Shown: positions 8,244 to 20,611, counted from the first letter of the stretch. The stretch: DNA of 64,000 nt from an uncultured delta proteobacterium (GCA_963737905.1 CAVTUQ010000008.1:1-64000), one strand, 5' to 3'. Notes: generated by a model not told the origin, from the sequence alone. Program-made: numbers and translations.

Positions 8244-8843
8244 ATGTCAATACGGCTTTTTCAGTCTCAGACTTCGATGTTTTGCGAGAAGATCAGGATC
8301 GTGCTGGCGATGAAAAAAGCGCCCTACGATATCGTCGATGTGCGGAAAGACGAGCGCAAATCGCTCGTCGAATACACGGGGCAAAGAAAAGTCCCGTCGA
8401 TGGACTACAACGGTGAGTGTGTTATTGACTCCACCGTGATCTCGGCCCGACTGGAGAAAGATCATCCGGGGAACAGTATCTATCCCGACGGCGCGTCGAA
8501 TAAGGGGCTCTGCTTGGCGCTCGAAGATTGGTCCGATGAGGTGGTGATTCACGCCAATCATGCCATTCGCCGGGCCGAGACTCCTGAAGCACGCAAGAAA
8601 GCCGAAGCGGAGTGGGATACTCATTTTAACACTTTGGATCAAATGTATTCCGGGAAGAAATTTATCTTTGATCGGATGACCATCGCGGACATTTCGATTT
8701 TTTCCCAGCTTCACTATCTTTACACAACGGTTAAGTACGAAATTCCGGCGAAATATAAGAACCTCAATAGTTTCATGGAAAACATGCGCCAGACGTTGAA
8801 ATTGAAATCTCTTGCCGAGAGCTTCGAGAGTCAATCCTTATAA
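8244..8843 (+). CDS. Glutathione S-transferase family protein
   Basis: SMFCEKIR, GQRKVP, DSTVISARLE, MTIADI; strong RBS AGGAGGAGG. Confidence 0.85.
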   Translation: MSIRLFQSQTSMFCEKIRIVLAMKKAPYDIVDVRKDERKSLVEYTGQRKVPSMDYNGECVIDSTVISARLEKDHPGNSIYPDGASNKGLCLALEDWSDEVVIHANHAIRRAETPEARKKAEAEWDTHFNTLDQMYSGKKFIFDRMTIADISIFSQLHYLYTTVKYEIPAKYKNLNSFMENMRQTLKLKSLAESFESQSL

Positions 8844-9052
8844 GATCCATGAGAATAAAGAAGTAGGTTGTGATCTCACAACTTGGCGATTGTTGCATGC
8901 CAGCCAGGGCTTGCCCGTAGAGCCCTGGCTGGACATGATAGTTTTGATGTTTTGATCTTTATTGCGGAAAATCCTGCAGACAGCGGCTGTTGTCACAAAG
9001 TCAGGAGATCTCCATTCCCTTCCATCAGATGGCAATTCAAACCGGGTAGGCG

Positions 9053-10843
9053 TTGGGCATGATGGACGATCGCTTCTCCGTCTTGCTGTTTCGTACTTGC
9101 TTAGTCGGTTTCCTGCTCGGTATCGTTGGAACGATTTACTTTTTGCTGGGACTGGCGGGATATGTTGTCAGTTCATTGCTGAATCTATTTGTAGCCGCTA
9201 GTCTTGTTGTCGCAACGGTCTTCTTCCTCGCAGCATTTGTGAGAATCCCACGGGAGACCAATTGGGTCGGATGGATCCTTTGGCTAGCCATTTTCGTCAT
9301 TCTTGGAACTGAGGTTATCCTCTGCCTTGTCCCGCCGACGGCTCGCGACGAGCTCACGCACCACCTTGCAATCCCTCAGCTCTATGTACGTGCCGGGAGG
9401 ATCATCGAGGTTCCAATGGCGCCGTATTCCTATTTCCCCATGCTGCTCGATATGCTTTACACGCCCTGGATCTACTGGGGGTATGACTCAGTTCCGAAAC
9501 TCATTCATGGCCTGTTCGGCTTTCTCACCGGTCTATCCCTGTACGCCTATCTGTCACGACGGATGAACGTCGTTTACGGTCTGCTAGGATTCTTCTTTTT
9601 CATCTCGGTGCCGTCGGTACTTCGCTTGAGTCACTGGGCCTACGTCGATCTCGGTACAACGTTCTACACGACAGCGGCGCTTTTGTGCATTCTTCGCTGG
9701 CGCGAAGAGACAGGGGGCGGGCAATGGTTGATTATGGCTGCCTTGTCGGCCGGATTCGCGTTAGCCACGAAGCCCAATGGATGGGTGGCAGGGTTACTAT
9801 TATTTTTTCTGTTCGTCTGGGTGTCGGTTGAACAAACTGAACGAGGCTTCGGTAAGATTCTGTCCAATTGCTTACTCTTCGTTGCCGTCGGCGCGTTGCC
9901 GTTCCTTCCCTGGTTGGCCAAGAATTGGCTTCAAACGGGCAACCCCTTTTTCCCACTGCTGGGCGGTTTCTTCCCCGGTAAGATTGGAGTCGAAGGCGAC
10001 AACGCGAGTTACGTTAGCCTGGGAGTTTTCGCCAAACGCCAGCTTCTCTACGGCGAGAGCTGGTGGCAAATCGTGGCACTGCCGCTCCGCCTATTCTTCT
10101 TTGGCCGCGACGACGACCCTCAATATTTCGATGGGGTGCTGGGGCCAAGTTTGATTCTCCTGCTGCCGTGGGCGTTCAAAGGCAAATGGCTCGAGGAAAA
10201 GAAGCTTCTGATGAGCTTCGCGCTTCTCTTCTTTCTGTATGCCTTGTTTCTCGTTGATCTTCGGGCTCGGTATATTCTGCCTATCGTACCGCCGATGGTG
10301 ATATTGTTCACGTACGGCATTTTTAATGTTTACTTGGGCATCAAACGACCCGCGTATCTTTTCGCGGCGTTATCTTGTTTCGCCGCCTTTAACGGGTACT
10401 ACCTCTGGCGCTATTTTCTGGACGTCGCACCGCTAGGCTACGTAACCGGGCAGGAGAGCCGAACGGCTTACTTGACTCGTACGTTGCCTGAATATGCCAC
10501 TTTCCAATACGTCAATCGGGAACTTTCACCGACAGCGAAAATTTATCTTCTCTTTGTCGGACGAAGGGGGTATTATTGCGAGCGAGAATATTTTCATGAC
10601 GGCGGAGAGCTTCCCGGTTTCCTTCTTGGGGCAGTCCGAGCATCGAAAGAGCCACGGGACCTCGCTCGCCAGTTCAAAGCGAAAAACTTGACCCATCTCT
10701 TGGTCAGAGACGAACTCCTCGTAAGATTTCTCCGCGATAACTTGGACGCGCCCCATAAACGGCTATGGGACGCCTTCGCTGCCCGCCATCTTAAAAGTCT
10801 GTTTCGTGAGCGCGGCTATTCGGTTTTCGAGCTCCATGGCTAG
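9053..10843 (+). CDS. GT-C fold (ArnT/PMT-like) lipid-carrier-dependent glycosyltransferase
   Basis: Polytopic; RDELTHHL, YVDLG, TKPNG, NWLQTGNPFFP and ARYILP motifs. Confidence 0.8.
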   Translation: MGMMDDRFSVLLFRTCLVGFLLGIVGTIYFLLGLAGYVVSSLLNLFVAASLVVATVFFLAAFVRIPRETNWVGWILWLAIFVILGTEVILCLVPPTARDELTHHLAIPQLYVRAGRIIEVPMAPYSYFPMLLDMLYTPWIYWGYDSVPKLIHGLFGFLTGLSLYAYLSRRMNVVYGLLGFFFFISVPSVLRLSHWAYVDLGTTFYTTAALLCILRWREETGGGQWLIMAALSAGFALATKPNGWVAGLLLFFLFVWVSVEQTERGFGKILSNCLLFVAVGALPFLPWLAKNWLQTGNPFFPLLGGFFPGKIGVEGDNASYVSLGVFAKRQLLYGESWWQIVALPLRLFFFGRDDDPQYFDGVLGPSLILLLPWAFKGKWLEEKKLLMSFALLFFLYALFLVDLRARYILPIVPPMVILFTYGIFNVYLGIKRPAYLFAALSCFAAFNGYYLWRYFLDVAPLGYVTGQESRTAYLTRTLPEYATFQYVNRELSPTAKIYLLFVGRRGYYCEREYFHDGGELPGFLLGAVRASKEPRDLARQFKAKNLTHLLVRDELLVRFLRDNLDAPHKRLWDAFAARHLKSLFRERGYSVFELHG

Positions 10844-11814
10844 TGCTTGTGAAATCTCGATCATCATTCCGGTCTTCAACGAAGCAGGAAAGCTTCTGGA
10901 TCTGTTGAATGATATCCGCGTCACTGGAACTGGCGGACTCGGAAATCATCGTAGTTGACGACGGTTCCACGGATAGAAGCGCGGACATAGCGATGGCCGG
11001 GAGCGCGAACGTAATCCGCCATCCGTATAATATCGGCAACGGCGCGGCCATCAAGAGCGGGATTCGTGCGGCTCGAGGAAGGCTTCTCGTCTTAATGGAC
11101 GGGGATGGCCAGCATCGGCCGGAGGATATCCCGAAGCTGGTAGCCGAATCGCACCATTACCACATGGTCGTCGGCGCGCGGGCGAAGGGATCCAAGCGGA
11201 GGTTTCATCGCTATGCCGCCAATATCGTTTATAATCTTTTGGCCTCCTATGTGACTCGGTTCAAAGTCAAGGATCTGACCTCGGGATTTCGGCTTCTCTC
11301 CCGGTTCGACGCCTTGCGGTTCATTGATCTGCTGCCCAACACTTTCTCCTACCCGACGACCCTGACGCTGGCATTCTTGCGGTCCGGATTCAGTGTCAAA
11401 TATGTCCCCATTCAGACCCTGTACCGCGCTGGACAAAGCAAGATCAGCTTGGTTACGGACGGTATCCGGTTCTTGTTGATCATCACAAAGATAGCGACGC
11501 TGTTTTCTCCGTTTCGTGTCTTTTTGCCGGTGAGCATCTTTTTCTTTCTTGGTGGTATGGCCAACTATATCTATAGTTATCTGACCACACATCGCTTCAC
11601 GAACATGTCAGTCTTCTTGCTGACTACTGCCGTCATCGTTTTCATGCTGGGTCTAATCTCCGAGCAGATAGCATTGCTGCGGATGGAGCGGCGCTCGCCC
11701 ACGTCGCAACCGTTTATCGGAGCAAAAGCGGTAAAAGACGACGGTCAGTTTTGTTGCCGCGAAAGGGATTACCGCCGTTGGATGCGCAGAGCGTCGAGAA
11801 CCAGAGGAATCTAG
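10836..11814 (+). CDS. GT2 polyprenol-phosphate glycosyltransferase (frameshifted near start)
   Basis: SIIIPVFNE from ATG 10836 in another frame, then VVDDGSTD, MDGDGQH, DLTSGFR. Confidence 0.8.
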
Positions 11815-12522
11815 ATTATTCGAAGGTCCGCGACTACTATGATCGCGTTCACCACAGCGCCGGCGACGGGCCAGCCAAGGTCTCCCATCATCTGCGTCGA
11901 CTGGCGCGTTTTTTCAGCCCTGGCAGGGCAAGCGGCTTCTGGACGTCGGTTGCGGACGGGGAATGTGGTTGCGCGCCGCGGCCGACGGCGCTGTTCCCGC
12001 CGGAGTGGACATTTCCCCAGTGGCGCTCGACCTCTGCAAGCGCGCCGTGCCTCGGGCGGATCTTCATTGCGGTCCAAAAAGCGGAGAGGCTCCCTTTCAC
12101 CGAAGACGAATTTGATTTCATTTCCTGCCTCGGCGCGGTCGAGCATTTTCTGGAAGCTCCTTAGGTCGCGCTTCGTGAGATGGTTCGCGTGGCCAAGCCA
12201 GAGGCGATAGTCCTGTTGCTTGTGCCGAATTCCGGTTTTCTTACCCAGCGATTGGGCCTTTACTCGGGCACGCAGCAGGCGAGTGTTTGTGAAGAGGTGC
12301 GATCGTTGCCGGGCTGGCACCAGCTGTTCGGATCCGTCGGGCTCCATATCTGCCAGCGCTGGAGGGATTTGCATGTGCTGTCGCTGTCGTGGATTTGCCG
12401 CGGGCCCTGGTACGGTTGGCCACTACGGGCAAGCCAAGCACTGGTATTGCCCTTGTGGCCGCTCACGTGGCAATACCAAGCCTATCATTTGTGCGTCGTC
12501 AAGAGGTCGCGCTCGCGCATGA
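11751..12522 (+). CDS. Class I SAM-dependent methyltransferase (frameshifted)
   Basis: LDVGCGRG across frames, AERLPF..EFD, EMVRVAKP; several indels. Confidence 0.65.
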
Positions 12523-13653
12523 GTATTTTAGTTGTCACTTGGAACTATCCGCCGCGCGGTGGCGGAATCGAATACCTGGTTAGTAAACTCTGTGCCGGTC
12601 TAAGGCAGCGCCATTCCTTGATAGTTGTCACCTCGCACGCTCCAACCCCGTACCGTTAGAAGAAGATGTGTTCGAGCCCCCCGGCCAGGTTTGATGCTAT
12701 TTTGTTTGTATGCGCTTTGGCGCGGCGCCGTGCTCCTGTGCCGCAATCCAAAAATAGAGGTGGTTTTCGGCGGGAGTGTTTTGGTTACACCGCTGGTGTT
12801 AATCCTTGCTCGGTTGTTCGGACGAAAGGCGATCGTGCAGGCCCATGGGTTGGACGTGATTTATTCAAATCGTCTTTATCAGGCGATGTGCGTTCGTTGG
12901 GTGACCTGGTGTGATCGCGTGGTCGCTAATAGCACCTATACGGGGTCCTTGATCGAAAAAAAGATGGTTGGCCCGGGCTCATCTCGGTTATTCCTCCGGG
13001 TGTGGATCCTGAGCGTTTCGCGTCGGGACGTACTCCGGAGTTGGTAAAGGAGAAGTTTGGTTTGGTCGGAAGGAGAATCATTCTTTTCGTCGGCCGACTC
13101 GCCAAGCGGAAAGGCGTCAAAGAGTTTATCAAAGAATCCTTCATGAGCATCGCGAAGGAGGTGCCCAACGTGTGCTTGGTAATTGTTGGTGATAATCCTT
13201 CCAGTCCCTAACTCACCGAGAAGATACGCTTAGTGAAATTAAGAGGGTAATCTCCGACATGAATTTGCAAAACCATATTCGGTTGGTTGGGGCCTTAAAC
13301 GATGATGAAGTAATCGGCTCTATCAGGCATGTGATGTCTTCGTTCTACCCGCGCTGGCCCGCACGGATGATATAGAAGGTTTTGGCATCGTTCTTTTGGA
13401 AGCTGCAGCGGCGGGAAAAGTGGTCGTCGCGACGCGCGTTGGCGGAATCCCCGATGCGGTGGAAGATGGTAAAACTGGGATTTTAGTGGAGGCCGGTGAC
13501 CATGCGGCGCTGCAACGAGCAATCATCGATCTGCTGCAAGATGATTGTCGGCGTCTCGACATGGCTGTTCATGCTCGGGAGCGAGTCATGAAACACTTTA
13601 ACTGGAACAGAATCTTCGAGCGTTACGCGCAGATTTTTAAGGGCTTCTGCTGA
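12519..13653 (+). CDS. GT4 glycosyltransferase (frameshifted)
   Basis: MSILVVTWNYPP, AHGLD, FVGRLAKRKG, EGFGIVLLEA, TRVGGIPDAV spread over frames. Confidence 0.8.
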
Positions 13654-13698
13654 CTCCTACAGCAAGTGAATAGATCCGTTGTCGCGCTTGCCTTAGCT

Positions 13699-14744
13699 GT
13701 GAAAATATTCGTACCCATCCTAAACAAAAGCTCCGGCAGTGTAGTCTACTTTCAAAGTCTCAAGAGTCAGCTAAGCGCGCAAGGGGTTTCCATGCAACTC
13801 GTTGAATTCCCACCCTACTTCGAATCGATGCCTTTTCTCGTGTGCGCGAGTTTGCGGTTGAGAGGTGAAATGGACGGATTCCAGCTCGTCCACGCTAACG
13901 CCGATTACGGAGTTACTTTCAAGGCTTCGAACAAGCCGATCGATTGTCACCGTGCATCACAATGTCGTCGATGAAAACTATCGTCCATCTACTGCCTTTG
14001 CGCAAAGGGTCTATCACTATGGCGTGATGCGGGGACGGCTTCAGCGGGCTCTCGAGGAAGCCGATAGAGTTGTGGCGGTCAGTTGCATACTAAAAACTCT
14101 CTTGAACGGAACTTCCGTGCGAAAAACGTCGAAGTCATTTATAATGGCATTGATACCCAGTTGTTTGCACCGAAGCGAGTTGTGGTTCCCGCGCGGTTCG
14201 CCGGCAAAACCCGGCTCTTATTTGTAGGCAACCTCATTAAACGAAAAGGCGCAGACTTGCTGCCGTTAATCATGGAAAGACTGGGCAACGATTATGTTTT
14301 GTTTTATACGGAGTGCTTAAAATCCAAGGCAGCTTTCAAAAAGACTCAAATATGATTCCGTGTGAGGTCAAGTCGAGGTGTGAATTGATTGACCTCTACA
14401 ACAGTTGTGACATTTTTTTGTTCCTTCGCGGCTCGAAGGATTCGGCTACGCGGTCGCGGAGGCCATCCTGTCGTGGCAAGCCGGTGGTTTGTACCAATGG
14501 GTCCTCATTGCCGGAATTGGTGATGGATGGGAGCGGTGGGCTGCTTTGCGAACAGGACAATGTTGACGATTTTGTTGACAAGGTGAAGGCTCTTGGCAGA
14601 AACGAGCAATTAGGGCAATCCATGGGACAATTCAACCGACAGAGAATCGTGAATAATTTTCGGTCGGCCAAATGGGCGCCCCCTATGCCCGGCTTTATCA
14701 GCAATTTTTCTAAGCCAAGGGCAGAAATAAGTACCGGGGAGTAG
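13699..14744 (+). CDS. GT4 glycosyltransferase (frameshifted)
   Basis: VIYNGIDT, LLFVGNLIKRKG, GKPVV..SSLPELV spread over frames. Confidence 0.75.
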
Positions 14745-14860
14745 GTGGCATCGGATAAGATTCGGATATGAAATTTACGGCTAACAAGCTTTCGGAAAGC
14801 ATCGAATCCTTTTAGCAAAGGGAACCGATGAACCAACGGGATCGTAAGGATAACATCTAA

Positions 14861-15707
14861 GTGACCGGTATGAGGGGAGTGAGTTCGCACTTTTCACCAA
14901 TCCTTATCCGCGCCTCGACGGGTTGGGTTTCGCTCAGCCTGGGAGATTTGTGGGATTACCGTGGGCTGGTCTATTTTCTGGCCTGGCGAGATCTAAAGAT
15001 TCGATATAAACAAACGGTCTTGGGCGTTGCCTGGGGTCGTTCTTCAACCATCATTTCTGACACTGCCTTCAGTATTTTTTCGGCGAGTTCGGCGGCATTC
15101 CGTCTGACGGAATTCCCTATCCGGTGTTTGTTTTCTGCGGCTTTCTTCCGTGGCAACTTTTCGTTAGCGCGCTAACCGGCTCGTCCAATAGTCTTGTCGC
15201 TAATCAGCGTCTTATCGCCAGGGTCTATTCTCCCCGGCTTGTCATTCCTGTTCAGCCGCGGTGGTAGCTTTGGTTGATTTTTTGTTCGCCTTTGGTCGCT
15301 TTCCTCGCGATCATGACTTATTACGGAATCGTTCCCACCTTGGCCGCTTCTGGACACTCCCTGGTTTTGTGCTCGTGGCGGTGGCTATCGCATCTGGCGC
15401 TGGTCTCTTTTTCGCGACTTAATGTAGAATACCGCGACATGCGTCTTCACACCATACCTTTTATCATCCAGCTTTGGTTTTTTCTTCACCGTCCGGTTGT
15501 CTATCCGAGCAGTTTGATGTCCCAGGCGTGGCGTGTATAGCCTCAACCCTACGGTCGGAGTTATAGAGGGTTTCCGTTGGGGCCTTGCTGGGCAAGACTG
15601 CGATGCCCGGTATTCCATTGACTATCTCGATCCTCGCCGCTTTGGCTCTCGTGATCGGCGGCATTTATTACTTCCGAATGGGAAAAACCTTTGCCGATAT
15701 GGGGTAA
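14861..15707 (+). CDS. wzm: ABC polysaccharide exporter permease (frameshifted)
   Basis: LWDYRGLVYFLAWRDLKIRYKQTVLG, VVYPSS, LNP..GVIEGFRW, EKTFAD terminus. Confidence 0.8.
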
Positions 15708-15710
15708 GGC

Positions 15711-17015
15711 ATGAGCGATGTTGCGATAAGCGTGCATAAGCTTGGTAAGCTCTATCGCGTCGGAGAACGCGAGCGTTACGACATGCTGCGAGAGGCGCTT
15801 GTCCGGTTATTAACGGTTCCTTTTGAATGGCGCCGCCATGGTCCCAAGCTGATTTCAAATGGAAACGATTCGTGTGTGACCTCAGGCTATGGGTCCGAAG
15901 ACCCTGATCCCCAATCGCAACAGGATATTTGGGCTCTCAGAGATGTGTCTTTTGAAATCAAGCGAGGAGACATTGTTGGGATGATCGGTTGCAATGGTGC
16001 TGGCAAGAGTACGCTTTTGAAGATCCTTTCTCGTATCACGGAGCCGACGGAAGGGGAGGCGCGAGTATATGGTCGAATCGGTTCGCTTCTTGAAGTAGGC
16101 ACTGGATTCCACGCCGAACTCACGGGGCGAGAAAATATCTATCTCAATGGGACTATCTTAGGAATGAAGAAGCGCGAAATCGACCGCAAGTTTGACGAGA
16201 TAGTGTCCTTTGCGGAAGTCGACAAATTTCTAGATACGCCCGTGAAGCGTACTCGAGTGGGATGTACACGCGCTTGGCGTTTTCTGTCGCCGCTCATCTT
16301 GATCCCGAGATATTGGTGGTCGACGAGGTGCTGGCCGTCGGCGACGCCGTGTTCCAAAAAAGTGTTTTGGAAAGATGGGAGAAGTAGCAAAAAAAGAAAG
16401 AACGGTTTTCCTTGTAAGCCATAACATGAGTGCGATTGCGCAGCTTTGCACCCGTGTGTTGTGGATCCACGAGGGGCGGCTAAGACTCATCGGGTCGCCT
16501 CCGGATGTTATTGGATCGTATTTGTCGTTTGGAACAAAGGCGAATGCTTGTTGGACAAATTCCTCCAGGAGTACTGGGGTTTCGGCTATCGACATTCGAG
16601 CGGCCCGATTGCTCACTGAAGCTGGCGAACCATCCGGAGCGATCCCTTTGGGCAGCCATTCAGAGTCGAAGTCGGCTATGAAGTTGTGACTCCCATTCAC
16701 AACCTCGCAATCCTGTGTAGACTGACAGATGCGCACGGAATCATTCTCTGGACATCCTGGGATACCGACACCTCGGATTGGAACGGGCGCGTCAGAGCAC
16801 CCGGGAGGTTCTCGTCTATATGCCACATACCGGGAGGTTGGCTTAGGCCTGGAAACTATTTGCTTTCGATAGGCACGATCAGCGCTGGAGCCGTTTTACT
16901 CGATTATCACGAAAACGTATTAGCCGTTGAAATTTCTGGAGTCGGTTACCGTCTGAACGCAAGTCGCCTGGGCGTCGTTACGCCTCTCTTCGACTGGGAG
17001 ATCAAGGTGGCATAG
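15711..17015 (+). CDS. wzt: ABC polysaccharide exporter ATPase with C-terminal Wzt domain (frameshifted)
   Basis: [51 protein letters not shown]. Confidence 0.85.
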
Positions 17016-17254
17016 CGGTAAGGTTCACGCGCGAGCGTGCTTAACTAAACTAGCGACCCCGAAATTTATGAGACTTATGATTCATTACGGGGTGGTTCGC
17101 TAAGGACTATTGGGAAGGCGATTGTAGTTTATCGCTTGCTTGAGGATCGAAACGCAACTCCCAATTTCAACGAGCTGGTTGCAATAGATTGGCAATTGAA
17201 CCTGAAAGTGAAAGCTATTAATTCATAGGAACCCGCGTCCACTATTTTCTGGAA

Positions 17255-18058
17255 ATGAAGCCGCCGGCTGAAGACTATAAAGGGCATGGTCTCATATTTA
17301 TCGTTGGTTGCCCGAGAAGTGGAACAACCTGGCTCCAAAGATTATTAGCGAGCCATCCTAAGGTTCACTCAGGAGAGGAATCCCACATCTTCAGCCTGTA
17401 CGTGGGCCCTCAACTTCGCGCGTGGAAATCTCAGCAGAGCGCTCAGTTACTCGGAGCTGAGAGGCATTTAGTCGGTCCACAAGCGTACGTTTGCGACCGC
17501 GAATTTGCTTCTATCTTGCGGGACTACGCATGCCGCCTGCTTTCCCCCGTGCTCAAGAAACTTGAGCCCGACGAGCTGTTTGTCGAAAAAACGCCCTCTC
17601 ATGCTTTGTTCATTTCTGAGATCAGAGAACTTTTACCCGAAGCGCGATTTATTCATCTCGTGCGCGATCCAAGAGACGTTGTGGCGTCGCTACTTGCCGC
17701 TGCGAAAACGTGGGGCGCCGATTGGGCTCCCAAGAGTGCCACTGCTGCGGCAGGGATGTGGGTGGAACACATCTGTGCGGTTCAGGAGGCTGCGCGGAAT
17801 TTGTCGAAGGACAAGTTTCATGAAGTGAGTTACGAAGAATTGTCGGACTTTCCGGAGGCAACGTTGAAAAGCCTATCGCACTTTCTCGGCTTGGATTGGA
17901 ATGATGAAAGCATTAGAGAAGCCATCGAGGCGAATCGTGCGGAGCGTATGCGAGACCAAGGTACACCCATTCCGGTATACGGGGAAATCGCCACCCGTAC
18001 AGGTGGCAAGTCGCAATTGCCGCGTGATTTCATTCGTCGAGCCCGTCCCGGCGGATGA
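17255..18058 (+). CDS. Sulfotransferase family protein
   Basis: PAPS-binding GCPRSGTTWL, EKTPSH, HLVRDPRDVVAS, SYEEL; C-terminus may be frameshifted. Confidence 0.85.
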   Translation: MKPPAEDYKGHGLIFIVGCPRSGTTWLQRLLASHPKVHSGEESHIFSLYVGPQLRAWKSQQSAQLLGAERHLVGPQAYVCDREFASILRDYACRLLSPVLKKLEPDELFVEKTPSHALFISEIRELLPEARFIHLVRDPRDVVASLLAAAKTWGADWAPKSATAAAGMWVEHICAVQEAARNLSKDKFHEVSYEELSDFPEATLKSLSHFLGLDWNDESIREAIEANRAERMRDQGTPIPVYGEIATRTGGKSQLPRDFIRRARPGG

Positions 18059-18208
18059 AAAGGGATCTCTCATTCCGGAGCAAGTTTCGAGTTTGGCGTA
18101 TTGTTTGGAAACGCGGCTACGAGACGAGTTACCGGTGGCGTTTCCTTGATTGGTTTTGAAACACGATCTTAGCTTTGAATAGTCTTATGACGCGACCCGA
18201 AAGGAAGT

Positions 18209-19555
18209 TTGTTGTTGAACGCATTCCGTCCAAGGCAGCACGCGTTTCGTCTAGACGTCGCAAGGTCAACTAGAATGACTCGCAAGAGAATTCTGTTATA
18301 CTCTCCTCACGTTCCATTTCCGCCCACGGATGGAGGGATGCTCAGAACCTACAGCCTCGTCAAAGCTTTCTCGCGTGATTGGGAGGTTCACTATATCGCG
18401 CTTAGAAATTCAGCCGATGTGGGATCTCAACCCAATGGCTTTAAGGCATCGGAGATGTTTCCGAGTGTGATTGTGAAGACCTGTTTGTTGGAGGCGGGTC
18501 CGAATCTAGTCGAGATGCTCCGACCGAACCAATGGGCTAACCGGTTTGTTGAACTTCGAGATGGCCTCAAGAGCAATAAGGTTGCAAATATTCTTTTTAA
18601 AATCCTCAATTGTCCCTATGCACTCGCGCTTATTTATCGCAAATACCAAAGGGCACGTCGTTTTGTCAGAGATTATTTGTCCCGGACAACTTTTGATGCT
18701 GTGCTCTTAGATTACACAAAAATGGCGCACTATTCGACGCTCATCGCCGACCGATCGGTGAGAACTATTCTAAATGCTCATAATGCTGAGTCTGATCTTT
18801 CCCGGCAGATTCTGAACTCTCTTTCAGGGTTTGAATGGATTCATGGTTGGCTTCGCTGGCAATTGCATCGGGGGTTCGAAAGATATTTTGTTCCAAAGTG
18901 CGACTTTGTATTGGCATCTTCGGATGCGGATGCGAAGTTTCATAAGAGTCTGAGCAAGAATATCCAAACAATTATTATACCCAATGCCGTCGATACGGAT
19001 GATCTGAAGCCGCTGCCCCCACCAGAGGAGCTTTTATCTCTGATTTATCCGGGAAGAATGGATTATCCGCCTAATAGTGAGGCTGTTGAGTATTTTTGCC
19101 GGGAGATGCTTCCGAAGGTGGCGCGAATCGTGCCTGGGGTAAGACTGTACGTGGTCGGAAAAAACCCGTCTCCGCGTCTTCGCTCACTACAATCCGACAT
19201 GGTAGAGATCACGGGTTACGTTGAAAACATGATTCCGTTTTGGCGGAAAGCAGCGATCCTAGTGGCGCCGCTTCAGGCAGGCAGTGGAACGCGTATCAAA
19301 ATCCTCGAAGCGATGGCGCTAGGAAGACCGGTCGTGAGCACGTGTAAGGGATGCCAAGGGCTGGATGTTACCCATGGGAAAGGCATCCTGATTGCGGATG
19401 ATGCCTCGACGTTTATTAGAGAGACTGTTCGCCTCCTGCAAGATCCGGGATTATATCGCCAGCTGATAATCGACACGCGAATGTTGGTGGAACAACGGTA
19501 TTCGTTTAAGGCCGTAGAGCAACTGATTGACAATGCATTTCATAGCAATTCCTAA
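18209..19555 (+). CDS. GT4 glycosyltransferase
   Basis: PFPPTDGG, HNAES, GRMDYPPN, GSGTRIKILEAMALGRPVV; true start probably MTRKRILL. Confidence 0.85.
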   Translation: MLLNAFRPRQHAFRLDVARSTRMTRKRILLYSPHVPFPPTDGGMLRTYSLVKAFSRDWEVHYIALRNSADVGSQPNGFKASEMFPSVIVKTCLLEAGPNLVEMLRPNQWANRFVELRDGLKSNKVANILFKILNCPYALALIYRKYQRARRFVRDYLSRTTFDAVLLDYTKMAHYSTLIADRSVRTILNAHNAESDLSRQILNSLSGFEWIHGWLRWQLHRGFERYFVPKCDFVLASSDADAKFHKSLSKNIQTIIIPNAVDTDDLKPLPPPEELLSLIYPGRMDYPPNSEAVEYFCREMLPKVARIVPGVRLYVVGKNPSPRLRSLQSDMVEITGYVENMIPFWRKAAILVAPLQAGSGTRIKILEAMALGRPVVSTCKGCQGLDVTHGKGILIADDASTFIRETVRLLQDPGLYRQLIIDTRMLVEQRYSFKAVEQLIDNAFHSNS

Positions 19556-19663
19556 CAGGAACCCTATACCGATTTGCGAGACAAACCTGCTGATTGCGCT
19601 AGTTTTTGGCAGGGATCTTTCCGGATAAAACGAAATGATTAACTTCTTGGTGACGAAATAACA

Positions 19664-20451
19664 ATGATCTCCTTGATTGCATTTGTTTTCGGCGCGATCA
19701 TCGGCAGTTTCTTAACGTTTGTATCGTCCGGATTCCTGAAGGTGATTCGATTATTCATCCTTCCTCGCACTGTCCGGAGCTGCAAGAACCGCCAATTCCA
19801 TTTTACGATAATATTCCTTTGGTCAGTTATGTCGTGCTACTGGGCCGATGTCGCTCGTGCAACGCGAAAATCTCTCCACGCTATTTCTTTGTGGAGCTAT
19901 TGATGGGGTCTCTGGCAGTGGCTCTCTACTATCAGTTCGGTTTCAGTCTTGCGTTTCTAGTCAGTTTTATCTTTGTGGCGGCTTTGATCGTGATCTCGTT
20001 TATCGACCTCGACGTTAGAATCGTGCCGGACGTGATCAGCCTGCCGGGGATCGTTGCCGGTCTATTGTTTTCGGTTGTGGCCCGCTATGTCATCAACGAT
20101 CCGTTTGAGCTTATTCCGTCGCCGCTCAGTGCGTTGATCGGGGTACTAGTCGGGGGCGGCTTCCTATTGGCGTTAGCGTGGGCTTACGAAGCTTTCACGG
20201 GTATTGAAGGTATGGGTGGTGGTGACATTAAACTTTTGGCCATGATCGGAGCTTTTCTCGGTTGGACATCGATTCCGTTTACTCTTTTTTTTGCTTCTCT
20301 TACTGGATCTGTCATCGGGCTTGGGTTCATGATTGGAAAAGGTGTTGGCAGGAGATTCGCCCTTCCCTTTGCCCCTTTTCTCTGCCTCGGAGCGCTCCTA
20401 TATCTATTCTTCGGCAGCGAACTCATGGAATTCTACTTTCCCCCGAGTTGA
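19664..20451 (+). CDS. pilD: Prepilin peptidase/methyltransferase (frameshifted N-terminus)
   Basis: FGAIIGSFL, SHC/CRSC Zn motifs, FIDL, GMGGGDIKL, PFAPFL. Confidence 0.88.
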
Positions 20452-20558
20452 GGCTTCTCTAAGGCGGACTCTCAATTTTGTCAATTTTACACGGTCTGGC
20501 GCGCATTTTGGTTTTCGCGCTGGCTCTTCTCATGCTGGGCACAGCGAAACGATTATTT

Positions 20559-20571
20559 TATCAATGAGTTA
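20559..20571 (+). promoter_or_regulatory. IHF site upstream of the sigma54 promoter
   Basis: TATCAATGAGTTA matches WATCAANNNNTTR. Confidence 0.6.
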
Positions 20572-20595
20572 GCAATCGATTCGCGACACCGCCAT

Positions 20596-20611
20596 TGGTA
20601 TGTTTCTTGCG
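20596..20611 (+). promoter_or_regulatory. sigma54 (-24/-12) promoter of minor-pilin cluster 1
   Basis: TGGTATGTTTCTTGCG, GG-N10-GC, with adjacent IHF site. Confidence 0.7.

Noticed and set aside
10836-20451. Apparent mass pseudogenisation of glycan genes and pilD
   Set aside because: Breaks are mostly small indels with motifs intact in alternate frames, clustered regionally; better explained by long-read errors. Needs read-level confirmation.
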